Origin: Candidatus Woesebacteria bacterium RIFCSPHIGHO2_01_FULL_38_10
GTDB lineage: Bacteria > Patescibacteriota > Microgenomatia > UBA8517
Reading direction: 5' to 3'
NCBI GenBank assembly: GCA_001792215.1
Contig: MGGC01000038.1
Coordinates: 3,555-67,554, forward strand
Length of the DNA: 64,000 nt
The translations under genes were made by a program, and so were the position numbers. Position 1 is the first letter of the stretch, and every line of letters begins with the position of its first letter. Of this stretch, positions 9,933 to 18,280 are shown piece after piece. A model generated the notes under the pieces. The model saw nothing but the letters and a program-made list of their open reading frames with translations. It was not told the DNA's origin and searched no databases.

Positions 9933-11135
9933 ATGAGTGAAAGAATACAAAAACCACATCTGCCTTACCGACAAGAAGTTGAGAGTGTTGTGGGCGGAGT
10001 TTTAAAGAGATGTCACCCACTTGGTACACTTGCTACCATCTATTATAAAGAGGCGCCTAATTTAATCGCTAAAACTGTTGATGGAAATACTCCAGCACAC
10101 TTAAACCGATTATTTCGAACAAGTCATTTTTCAGATGAAACTTTCAGGGGTATTCTTGAAGCTATGGCACAATGGTCTAATTTTGATGCACAAGTAGCTG
10201 AATCTCTTGTGGCCGAAACAGTACCTTGCTTAATGGCTTGCACATCATTTCTTAAACTTGAGAATGTAAAATCTTCCATGAATATCGGCTGGCAGTTACT
10301 AGCCAAGCAGGTTGGAGAAGGAAAAGTTTCATTAATGTCTCCACTTTGTCCACCCTATGATTACGTAGTCACCAGTAATGGCCATTTAAAACACGCTACC
10401 GGATCACTCCAACCCAAAATCGGGGAAAGATTCGAAACAGTAGCAAAAACGCTTGGAAGAGCATTCAAACCCTTGACAATTAAGGGTGTGGAGGTAACCT
10501 GGGAATTTTGGACTTACTCGGGTGAAACTTTAAACCTAGATGACGTAGTCGATCTTGGTGCAGACGTAATACAACACTATCAACGGCCTGAAGAAATATT
10601 TTCAAATTTACAAGCAGCATACAGAGATCTTAGATATCAGGCAACTCATCACATGAGTGAATTTGGAGTTGTGGCAAAAACAGTATCTATTGAGAATGTT
10701 ATTGGCCCCGTAATTCACCAAACAACAGAAGAATTTATGACTAGTTTCCCTAAAAGTCGGAATGGTATTCATCCTCCTGAAGAACCAGAGATTGATAAAT
10801 GGCTCGATGATAGATTTGGAGTAAAAGCAGGGTGGCTTATTTTTTTTATACAAGAGGAAAAAAGATATAGACAAAAACAAGGTGGGTTGATAGGCGACGG
10901 TAGTGATCCCATTGTTAAGTCAGCTCTACGAGAGGGACTGCTTTATTTGGGAATGACTAGATGGGCAGATCAAAATGGCACATTGATAATTGGTTTGGAA
11001 ACAACACCTGAATACATGGTCGGATCGTTAAGACACAGCCACGCTCCTGTAATTATGGGCGCTGCCTTTGATCCTAAAAAACCAGAGAATCCACTTAATG
11101 TACGCCAACCATTCAATCTACCTGTACGATTATGA
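9933..11135 (+). CDS. Hypothetical protein, unknown family (400 aa)
   Basis: ATG start; no motif I can assign (contains MSPLCPPYDYVVTSNGHLKHATG, HYQRPEE, THHMSEFG); stop overlaps the ATG of the next M20 gene (ATGA). Confidence 0.6.
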   Translation: MSERIQKPHLPYRQEVESVVGGVLKRCHPLGTLATIYYKEAPNLIAKTVDGNTPAHLNRLFRTSHFSDETFRGILEAMAQWSNFDAQVAESLVAETVPCLMACTSFLKLENVKSSMNIGWQLLAKQVGEGKVSLMSPLCPPYDYVVTSNGHLKHATGSLQPKIGERFETVAKTLGRAFKPLTIKGVEVTWEFWTYSGETLNLDDVVDLGADVIQHYQRPEEIFSNLQAAYRDLRYQATHHMSEFGVVAKTVSIENVIGPVIHQTTEEFMTSFPKSRNGIHPPEEPEIDKWLDDRFGVKAGWLIFFIQEEKRYRQKQGGLIGDGSDPIVKSALREGLLYLGMTRWADQNGTLIIGLETTPEYMVGSLRHSHAPVIMGAAFDPKKPENPLNVRQPFNLPVRL

Positions 11136-12274
11136 GGCAATATTCAAAATTAGGCAGTGAGCTGATATTAATAACCAAAAAATTAATGTCATACAAAACC
11201 TTTGCACCTGAAGGTAATGAGTATTTGTGTACAACATATATAAAAAGTCTTATGAATAAAATTGGTTTTAAAGTATCGATTATGGCAAAAAAGAAAGGGA
11301 GAGACAATGTTATTGGTAAAATTGGTACAGGAAACAAATCTCTTGTTATCGCATGTCACATGGATACCGTACCAGCAGGTGAAGGATGGAAATCAAATCC
11401 TAATAAAGCTTTAATTAAAAACGGGAAAATATATGGAAGAGGGGCCATTGATAATAAGGGACCATTCGCAATATCATATTGTTCAATAAAATCTTTTTTA
11501 GAAAAACACCCAAAATTTCCCGGTACCCTATACTTAGTAACTCTGGCAGATGAAGAGAGTGACAACATCTACGGTATTAAATATCTTTTGAAAAAGGGCT
11601 TCAAGGCATCAGCAGGACTAATACCAGACGGTGGATATATGTCTAAAGCTGTTTATGGTGAAAAAGGTTGTTTACAGATAATAATTGAGAGTCTTGGAAA
11701 ACAAGAACATTCCGCACTACAAGAAAAAGGGGTGCATGCGATTAACAATTTACTCTACTTGATTAACTTAATAAAAAAGGGTCTAAAGTATGAAAAATAC
11801 GACAAAAGATTTACTCCATTGAAAATAAATATTAGTAAAATAAAAGGTGGTGATATAGCAAATACCATTCCCGCATATGCTTACTGTCAGATGGATATAA
11901 GATTCCCCATGGGAATAAGTTCAAAACAAGTTTTAAATAATGTTCAAAAAATTGCACAATCCACAGAAAACAAAAAACAGTCTAAATTTAAAATCACCAC
12001 AGTCTATAAAACTGAACCTCATATAGCAAATAATACTCGTCTAATCCAATCACTTAATAAATCCGCGAAAGACATAAATATTAAAATGGATTTCATTACT
12101 ATAGCTGGGAATAGTGTTGCAAAAGAGTTCACTAAAGGAGGCATACCATCAATTGCACACTATCCTATGGAAAAGATTACAGCACATGAACCAAACGAGT
12201 ATATTGAAATAAAAAGTATGATAAAAGCTACAAAACTTTATGAAAAGTTTTTAGAGCACTACTTCTACTCGTAA
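11132..12274 (+). CDS. M20-family metallohydrolase (ArgE/DapE/aminoacylase-like)
   Basis: VIACHMDTVPAGEGWKSNPNKALIKNGKIYGRGAIDNKG metal-binding block; noticeably AT-richer than the coupled upstream gene. Confidence 0.8.
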   Translation: MRQYSKLGSELILITKKLMSYKTFAPEGNEYLCTTYIKSLMNKIGFKVSIMAKKKGRDNVIGKIGTGNKSLVIACHMDTVPAGEGWKSNPNKALIKNGKIYGRGAIDNKGPFAISYCSIKSFLEKHPKFPGTLYLVTLADEESDNIYGIKYLLKKGFKASAGLIPDGGYMSKAVYGEKGCLQIIIESLGKQEHSALQEKGVHAINNLLYLINLIKKGLKYEKYDKRFTPLKINISKIKGGDIANTIPAYAYCQMDIRFPMGISSKQVLNNVQKIAQSTENKKQSKFKITTVYKTEPHIANNTRLIQSLNKSAKDINIKMDFITIAGNSVAKEFTKGGIPSIAHYPMEKITAHEPNEYIEIKSMIKATKLYEKFLEHYFYS

Positions 12275-12650
12275 TTAAAGGACTCTGTACACCCTCCAGG
12301 TGGTATGAATTCATTGTAAAAAACGCTTTCTGTCCCGAAACTTGGTGTTGAATTTAAAGGTTTACCAGTGGGAGTAATAGAAGAGCTATTAAAAAGTTCT
12401 ATGAATCCATAAGAAGAAGATTACGATCGTTTCAAAGATGAAAGAGGAGTTACTTCGGTTAGAGGTTTTTACGAAACGGGATTTGGTACTCTTTCTCATT
12501 GGCTGAAAAAAAGAGCTACTGAATTAATGTCACGGGGATTTAGTTCAGAGGAAGCTATAAAAGATTGTATGGATGACCTAGGTAGAAGTTACCACGAGCA
12601 CTTGGCAAAAATAAATGGACAGGACATTGTCAAATTATTTAGCTAGCTGT
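12275..12650 (+). pseudogene. Decayed ORF (single frame interrupted by two TAA codons, no usable start)
   Basis: One frame reads ...LKDSVHPPGGMNSL*KTLSVPKLGVEFKGLPVGVIEELLKSSMNP*EEDYDRFKDERGVTSVRGFYETGFGTLSHWLKKRATELMSRGFSSEEAIKDCMDDLGRSYHEHLAKINGQDIVKLFS* with TAA at 12317-19 and 12410-12. Confidence 0.3.
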
Positions 12651-12749
12651 ATACTAGCCTTTAATGTCTAAGAAATTAATCAGCTTTTTCTTTTTTGCAT
12701 TTAACCCCACAAAGGCGGGGTAGATACCTATTTTGAATTATGAGGTGTT

Positions 12750-12771
12750 CCCCGCGAAAGCGGGGTTTTTT
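12750..12771 (+). terminator. Rho-independent terminator-like hairpin
   Basis: CCCCGC-GAAA-GCGGGG then TTTTTT, ending 6 nt before the ATG at 12778; a related hairpin CCCCACAAAGGCGGGG lies at 12705-12720. Confidence 0.5.
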
Positions 12772-12777
12772 ATTTGC

Positions 12778-14466
12778 ATGGGAGCCGAAAGATCAATACA
12801 AATAAATTCCATATCAGAAGCTAAAGCATTGGGTAATGGTGGAGAAATAGCGTTAGGAAACCAGGAAGAAGGAGGTTTAGTTGTTTCTCCAGAAGGAACA
12901 CTTTATGCCTTAAAACATAGAAGGTTCAGACTTAATGGTCGCAAGCCAGGTGATTACACGAGTTCTGATCTCGTACCAGTTTGCTACCGCATAGACCCCT
13001 TACCAAGTGGTGAAGAAACAAGACAAACAGTAACTGCTTGGTTAGAAAGTTTACGGAAAGGAGAAATTCCAGAACATGCAACGGTCGGAGTAGAGGTAGA
13101 GGCTACCTGTTATGATAGAAATTATAAGCTCCTCTCTCCCTACAATGATACTTTTCCTGCCCAGACTTATAATCATCCGGAGCTCCATTCATTTACTTTA
13201 GAAACAGCTACTAGCGAAAACAGCAGCTGTTTACCCAAAACTCCAGTCGAAACTGCGAGAGCAATAGCCAATGCTGTGCTCGATGGCTATAAAATTGTTA
13301 AACCAAGAGGTGGTCAACTAGCATATTCTTCCGTAGCAGAAGCCGGAGACGGAAATAACGCATCGACTACGCCTCATCCGTACTTAATTACCTTTGCACC
13401 GTTAATAGCACAATTTACATTGGATAACATTAATACTGTTCCTCCTGAAACACTTGAAATGTATGAAAGAGCTTATATCGACGTCGTTGGGCAAATGCAA
13501 AAAGGTGTCCTCAATTGGCCGGTAAATGCTCTTCACGTTCATACGGGAGTTCCACAAATAGAAGGTTTGGCCGATCCACGAGCCGCTCATGCTTGTGGAC
13601 TCGTTAAACTTACTGAATTTTCTAAGGTCCTCTCCTTAATGCTTTATAACACGAGACATTTATACGGAGTTGAATTGGGGGGAAAGGATGTTCGTTCAAT
13701 TGTAAGACGTCTCATTGTAAGTTCACATGATGCAACGATTCCTCAAGATACTGAAACTCTGGTGCAAAAAGCTTTACAGCAACTGCGAGAGGGAAAAATT
13801 CACAGCCTTCCAAGATACCCTGACACTGGGCAGCACGACCGTATGAGACTCCGGATGGATGGAAATAAAAAAACAGTCGAATCAATTGATGCTCCCATGA
13901 ATTCTGATCTACGGCTTGTTTTGTTCTGGGTTTTTGCAAACCAACTAAAAGATATTATCGCCCTAGATGCTCTAGAAGCTGTCGGAGGTGATACTTCTCA
14001 AGTAATACTTTATTTAAAGCAAAAGTGGGGAGAAATATTTCAAGTTATTCCAACCATGGGAGCCAATTCAAGTTACGAGCAAGATATTGAATTTAACCAA
14101 CTTGGATATGATGGTAAATCTAGCCTAAGAGGAATACCTTTTGCTAAAGTTCTAAGAGACGTGAAGATAATAATAACCCACTATGGGGATATCTATCCGG
14201 CGGTTGCGTTTGAGGCAGAAGTAATTATAAAAACAATCGACAGACAGCTTACGCCACCAACCCACGGAATAACACTTCAACAATACCTTGGAGTTGAAAC
14301 TGGTGTTTATATGCCTAATGGGCTAAATAATGGATTAGTCACAGATTATAAATACACAGATCCTAAACTAATAGTAAATATACAATCTGCTGCAACAAGA
14401 CTTCAAGCAGAAGCTTTATCAAAAATGACTGACGAAAAGGATTTGAAAGGATTCCTTGGCATTTAA
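12778..14466 (+). CDS. Large divergent protein with GCS2/YbdK-like (carboxylate-amine ligase, glutamate-cysteine ligase family 2) motifs
   Basis: Track start 12733 is TTG inside the terminator hairpin; ATG at 12778 (MGAERSIQ). Blocks TVGVEVEATCYD, NALHVHTGVPQ and HDRMRLRMDG recall the GIELEMQ / QHVHVG / VEVRVMD blocks of YbdK-type ligases. ~566 aa is much longer than YbdK. Assignment is from memory and tentative. Confidence 0.5.
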   Translation: MGAERSIQINSISEAKALGNGGEIALGNQEEGGLVVSPEGTLYALKHRRFRLNGRKPGDYTSSDLVPVCYRIDPLPSGEETRQTVTAWLESLRKGEIPEHATVGVEVEATCYDRNYKLLSPYNDTFPAQTYNHPELHSFTLETATSENSSCLPKTPVETARAIANAVLDGYKIVKPRGGQLAYSSVAEAGDGNNASTTPHPYLITFAPLIAQFTLDNINTVPPETLEMYERAYIDVVGQMQKGVLNWPVNALHVHTGVPQIEGLADPRAAHACGLVKLTEFSKVLSLMLYNTRHLYGVELGGKDVRSIVRRLIVSSHDATIPQDTETLVQKALQQLREGKIHSLPRYPDTGQHDRMRLRMDGNKKTVESIDAPMNSDLRLVLFWVFANQLKDIIALDALEAVGGDTSQVILYLKQKWGEIFQVIPTMGANSSYEQDIEFNQLGYDGKSSLRGIPFAKVLRDVKIIITHYGDIYPAVAFEAEVIIKTIDRQLTPPTHGITLQQYLGVETGVYMPNGLNNGLVTDYKYTDPKLIVNIQSAATRLQAEALSKMTDEKDLKGFLGI

Positions 14467-14580
14467 AAAGTGGTAAAATATGCGCATGAAAACTCCGATA
14501 AAATAATCTACTTTATTTCCGGTTTATTTGAAGCCAATAAAAACATTTGTAGATAATGGACTTATAATTAAGCTAATTGG

Positions 14581-15052
14581 GTCTATTTCAGGATACAAAG
14601 AATTCGTAGCAAACCAGAAAGATTACCAAAGGAAATTGTCTAAAATTAAACACCTTTTACTCGACTAGGTGAGGCCTGTAAACACAGTGCGCCCGACGGG
14701 TGGTAGTCTGGACCCTTTTACAAGGCATGGAAAAAGACTCTGTCCACTATTCCTTGATCAATTTAAAGCCGTAGCTGTAGAAACTGACGAACAACTTATC
14801 CACCTTAGCCGATACATTCATCTTAATCCATATTCTTCACATGTTGTTAAAACAGTCGAAGAGCTGACAGAATACCTATGGTCGTCGTTTGAAGAATACA
14901 TCAAGCCGAAAAACAAAAACGTTTGTGATACAGGCATAATATTGTCTTTATTTAATCACAATGCCAAGCTAATCCACCTCCCAGGTGGATTCTCCATAAG
15001 GAAAATTAAGATTGATGATCTTTGGATTAGAAGTTATAATACTTATTACCAA
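14581..15052 (+). pseudogene. Remnant of a Y1 (IS200/RAYT-like, PF01797-type) tyrosine transposase, frameshifted and N-terminally truncated
   Basis: ORF 14669-15088 (GTG start) contains RYIHLNPYSSHVVKTVEELTEYLWSSFEEY, matching the YIHxNPV...YxWSS C-terminal block of REP-associated/IS200-like Y1 transposases. The upstream frame 14581-14668 reads ...KIKHLLLD* (possible HUH remnant). The ORF runs into tRNA-Val. Confidence 0.55.
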
Positions 15053-15129
15053 GGACGGTTAGCTCAGCTGGCTAGAGCGTTCGCTTGACGTGCGAAAGGT
15101 CGGGGGTTCAAGTCCCTCACCGTCCACCA
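15053..15129 (+). tRNA. tRNA-Val (anticodon GAC), CCA encoded
   Basis: Folded by hand: acceptor GGACGGT/ACCGTCC, D-stem GCTC/GAGC, anticodon stem TTCGC/GCGAA with loop TTGACGT, T-arm GGGGG-TTCAAGT-CCCTC, discriminator A, CCA. Confidence 0.9.
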
Positions 15130-15215
15130 GCTTACCCACCGGTTTGAAAAAATCAGTTTTGGTAAGGGTCCATGGCGCAACTGGTTAGCATGCTTGGCTG
15201 GGTACGTACATTTTG

Positions 15216-15287
15216 GGGCCCCTCGTTCAACGGTCAGGACACCTGGCTGGCAGTCAGGTAATAGGAGTTCGATTCCCCTGGGGTCCA
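15216..15287 (+). tRNA. tRNA-Ala (anticodon GGC), CCA not encoded
   Basis: Acceptor GGGCCCC/GGGGTCC with the G3-U70 wobble that marks Ala; D-stem GTTC/GGAC; anticodon stem CCTGG/TCAGG, loop CTGGCAG; T-arm AGGAG-TTCGATT-CCCCT (one A-C mismatch); discriminator A. Confidence 0.8.
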
Positions 15288-15374
15288 CAATAATTGTACG
15301 TACTTGGCAGTCAGGAGATCGGAGACTTGGGATGTTAGACGTTCTTCGACTCCCTCTAAATCCACAGCATAAAA

Positions 15375-15683
15375 ATGAGAAAAAGATTAATTCAGAAATA
15401 CCACCAGAATGTTCCCAAGGGTGTCAAAAAATTTGTCAAACTTTCAACCCTAAAAAAATTAAAAATTGCCTACATTCCTTATAATGAATTATTCAAAGAA
15501 GGTATTTTTGCAGGTCTCGGATGGGCAGTTGGCGTGACAATTGGTTTTGCGGTAATTTCGTCCGTTTTAGTAATCATTCTAAGACAATTGGGTGGCCTTC
15601 CTGTGATCGGAAACTGGATCGCCTCAATATTTCAAGAAACACAACTACAACTTCTGAAAAGGACCCCAATCATTCCACAATAA
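15375..15683 (+). CDS. Small membrane protein (hypothetical)
   Basis: 102 aa, basic N-terminus then one or two TM helices (GLGWAVGVTIGFAVISSVLVIILRQLGGLPVIGNWI). Confidence 0.4.
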   Translation: MRKRLIQKYHQNVPKGVKKFVKLSTLKKLKIAYIPYNELFKEGIFAGLGWAVGVTIGFAVISSVLVIILRQLGGLPVIGNWIASIFQETQLQLLKRTPIIPQ

Positions 15684-15850
15684 ATGTTTATTTTTACAAG
15701 ATATACCCATTCTACTTGATACACGTCAGACGTGTTGAATTTGCAAGTTTTAAAGGTATGGGCATGTGTCCATTTTAGTTATTAATATAATGCAAAATGG
15801 AGTAAAATGGGCATAATAAGTATAATATACTCATTGATTTTGCAACTCAA

Positions 15851-17650
15851 ATGAGAAACAAAAAGGTAAAACCAGTCAAAAAAAATGAAGGCCTTTGGAC
15901 AATGAGGCATTCGACTGAGCACGTCTTAACCCAAGCCATGCTAAAACTTTTTCCCGGATTAAAAATGGCTATGGGTCCGGCAACTGATGAAGGATTCTAT
16001 TTTGATTTCGACCCTTCGACAAACTCAGGACACGTTTACAAAATTTCAGAAGAAGATTTTCCCAAGATTGAATCCGAAATGCAAAGGATAATTAAAGCCA
16101 ACCTTCCAATTAAAAGAAAAGTTATCCCGATCAAGAATGCAAGAGCTCTTTTTAAAGGCAATGAATATAAACAAGAATGGCTTGATGAAATCGAAAACAA
16201 GGGAGAAAAGCTAACTGTCTTCTGGACAGGAAAGGAGTTTGTGGATTTGTGTGTCGGACCTCATGTCGCTTCAACCGGCAAAATAGGCCCGTTAAAACTC
16301 TTGTCAATTGCCGGAGCTTATTGGCGAGGAAGCGAAAAAAACAAAATGCTGGTAAGAATTTACGGAACAGCCTTTCCAAGCAAAAAAGAACTTGATGAAT
16401 ATCTTCAAATACAGAAAGAAGCAAAGAACCGCGATCATAGAAAATTGGGGCGCGATCTTGATCTGTTCACTTTTGCTGAGGAGGTCGGGCCCGGCCTCCC
16501 GCTTTGGACTCCAAAAGGGACTATAATCCAACAAGAACTTAGAAACTGGGCTGAAGAGACTGAAAAAAAATGGGGGTATGTCCGAGTAAGAACCCCTCAT
16601 ATCGCAAAGCACACTCTCTACGAGATTTCCGGACATCTGCCTTACTATAAAGATAATATGTACTCTCCGATGGATATCGATGGCGAAGATTACTATCTAA
16701 AAGGCATGAACTGCCCACATCATCACATGATCTATAAATCTTCACCCAAATCCTACCGCGATTTACCACTCAGATATGCCGAGTACGGAGAAGTCTATCG
16801 TTACGAACAATCAGGTACACTCTTTGGTTTAATGCGCGTACGCTTCATTCAACAAAACGACGCCCACATTTACTGTGCAATGGAAGATGCTGAAAAAGAA
16901 TTTTTGGATGTTTTGAAACTCCATGAATACTACTACAACATAATTGGTTTGACACGAGACGACTATCACATCGTCATGGGACTCCCTGACGAGAAAAAGC
17001 GCGACAAGTACCATGGCGATAAATCACTTTGGGATAAAGCTGAAGATATGATGCGCCAAGCGATTAAAAAATCGGGAATTAAATGGGTCGATGATATCGG
17101 GGGAGCCGCATTTTACGGACCGAAAATAGATTTTAATATAACCTCATCAGTCGGCAGGGTATTTGGGATTTCTACAAACCAACTTGATCTTTACATGCCA
17201 GAAAGATTTAATCTGACCTATACCGACAAAGACGGGTCTGAGAAGTTAACCGCAGTGATTCACAGAGCGCCACTTGGGTCACACGAGAGATTCATCGGCT
17301 TTCTAATCGAGCATTTTGGCGGAGCATTTCCCGTTTGGCTTACACCAGTTCAGGTTAAAGTACTTCCCGTTACTGAAAAAACCCTTGAGTATGCACGCGA
17401 AATAACCAAACGTCTAGACAACGAGGGGATACGAGTCGAACTCAATGATCGAAACGAAACATTGCAAGCCAAGATTCGCGACGCCCAACTTGAAAAAATT
17501 CCCTATATGCTTATAATAGGGAATAAAGAACAAAAAGCTAAAAATATTACAGTTCGCTTGCGGTCTAAAAAAGACTTGGGATGGATGAGTTTGGGAAAGT
17601 TTGTAGAAAGAGTGAAAGATAAAATAGAAAAAAAATCCCTAATTCTCTAA
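15851..17650 (+). CDS. thrS: Threonyl-tRNA synthetase (no N-terminal TGS domain)
   Basis: tRNA_SAD zinc motif HSTEHVLTQAM, class II core and C-terminal anticodon-binding domain; 599 aa. Confidence 0.9.
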   Translation: MRNKKVKPVKKNEGLWTMRHSTEHVLTQAMLKLFPGLKMAMGPATDEGFYFDFDPSTNSGHVYKISEEDFPKIESEMQRIIKANLPIKRKVIPIKNARALFKGNEYKQEWLDEIENKGEKLTVFWTGKEFVDLCVGPHVASTGKIGPLKLLSIAGAYWRGSEKNKMLVRIYGTAFPSKKELDEYLQIQKEAKNRDHRKLGRDLDLFTFAEEVGPGLPLWTPKGTIIQQELRNWAEETEKKWGYVRVRTPHIAKHTLYEISGHLPYYKDNMYSPMDIDGEDYYLKGMNCPHHHMIYKSSPKSYRDLPLRYAEYGEVYRYEQSGTLFGLMRVRFIQQNDAHIYCAMEDAEKEFLDVLKLHEYYYNIIGLTRDDYHIVMGLPDEKKRDKYHGDKSLWDKAEDMMRQAIKKSGIKWVDDIGGAAFYGPKIDFNITSSVGRVFGISTNQLDLYMPERFNLTYTDKDGSEKLTAVIHRAPLGSHERFIGFLIEHFGGAFPVWLTPVQVKVLPVTEKTLEYAREITKRLDNEGIRVELNDRNETLQAKIRDAQLEKIPYMLIIGNKEQKAKNITVRLRSKKDLGWMSLGKFVERVKDKIEKKSLIL

Positions 17651-17725
17651 AGTTATTTGAGAACTGTCGGGATGTGAAAATGATGAGTAGCCTTAAGCCT
17701 GATGTTAAAATACTCTTGATCTAAA

Positions 17726-18274
17726 TTGAGAAGGAAAAAACCAGTTAGTCATCAAAAAAAATACTGGCGGGTCAATCAGAATATTCACGCACCAAATGTG
17801 CGTGTTATTGATGAAAAAGGGAAACAGGTTGGGGTTGTTGATCGATCAAAAGCACTGGAACTTGCTTGGAGAGCAAAGTTGGATTTAGTAGAAATAGCAC
17901 CTAATGCCAAGCCACCTGTTGTCAAAATTGTCGATCTGGGTAAATTTAGGTACGAGCAGGAAAAAAAGCTGCAAAAGGAGAAAAAGAGGTCCAAAGCTTC
18001 TGAGCTAAAGGAAATAAGACTATCTCCCTTTATAGCCGAACACGATTACAAAGTAAGGCTAGAAAAGGTTGAAGAATTTTTGCAGGATGGTAATAAAGTC
18101 CGTTTGGTTGTAGTTTTTACAGGAAGACAAATGGAAAGTAAAAGCTTTGGTTATGATCTGTTAAAAAAAATCCTGGAAGAGTTGAGAGACAAGGTTGTAG
18201 TCGATATGGAACCCAAGTTCTTTGGCAGACATCTGGCTATGGTAATATCACCAATTAAAAAAAGTAAAAGATAA
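17726..18274 (+). CDS. infC: Translation initiation factor IF-3
   Basis: KLDLVEIAPNAKPPVVKIVDLGKFRYEQEKK and C-domain LVVVFTGRQM; track start is TTG (IF3 genes often use non-AUG starts). Confidence 0.85.
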   Translation: MRRKKPVSHQKKYWRVNQNIHAPNVRVIDEKGKQVGVVDRSKALELAWRAKLDLVEIAPNAKPPVVKIVDLGKFRYEQEKKLQKEKKRSKASELKEIRLSPFIAEHDYKVRLEKVEEFLQDGNKVRLVVVFTGRQMESKSFGYDLLKKILEELRDKVVVDMEPKFFGRHLAMVISPIKKSKR

Positions 18275-18280
18275 TTTATT

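Noticed and set aside
15166-15297. A single intron-containing tRNA starting at GGGTCCA (15166) and ending at 15287
   Set aside because: The D-arm will not fold (GCGC/GCAT). The compact intron-less tRNA-Ala starting at 15216 folds canonically with G3-U70, so I report the upstream part only as a tRNA-like fragment.
15064-15484. Track ORFs 15064-15288 (-) and 15194-15484 (+) across the tRNA region
   Set aside because: They overlap the tRNA-Val and tRNA-Ala genes. These are open frames through structured RNA genes, not proteins.
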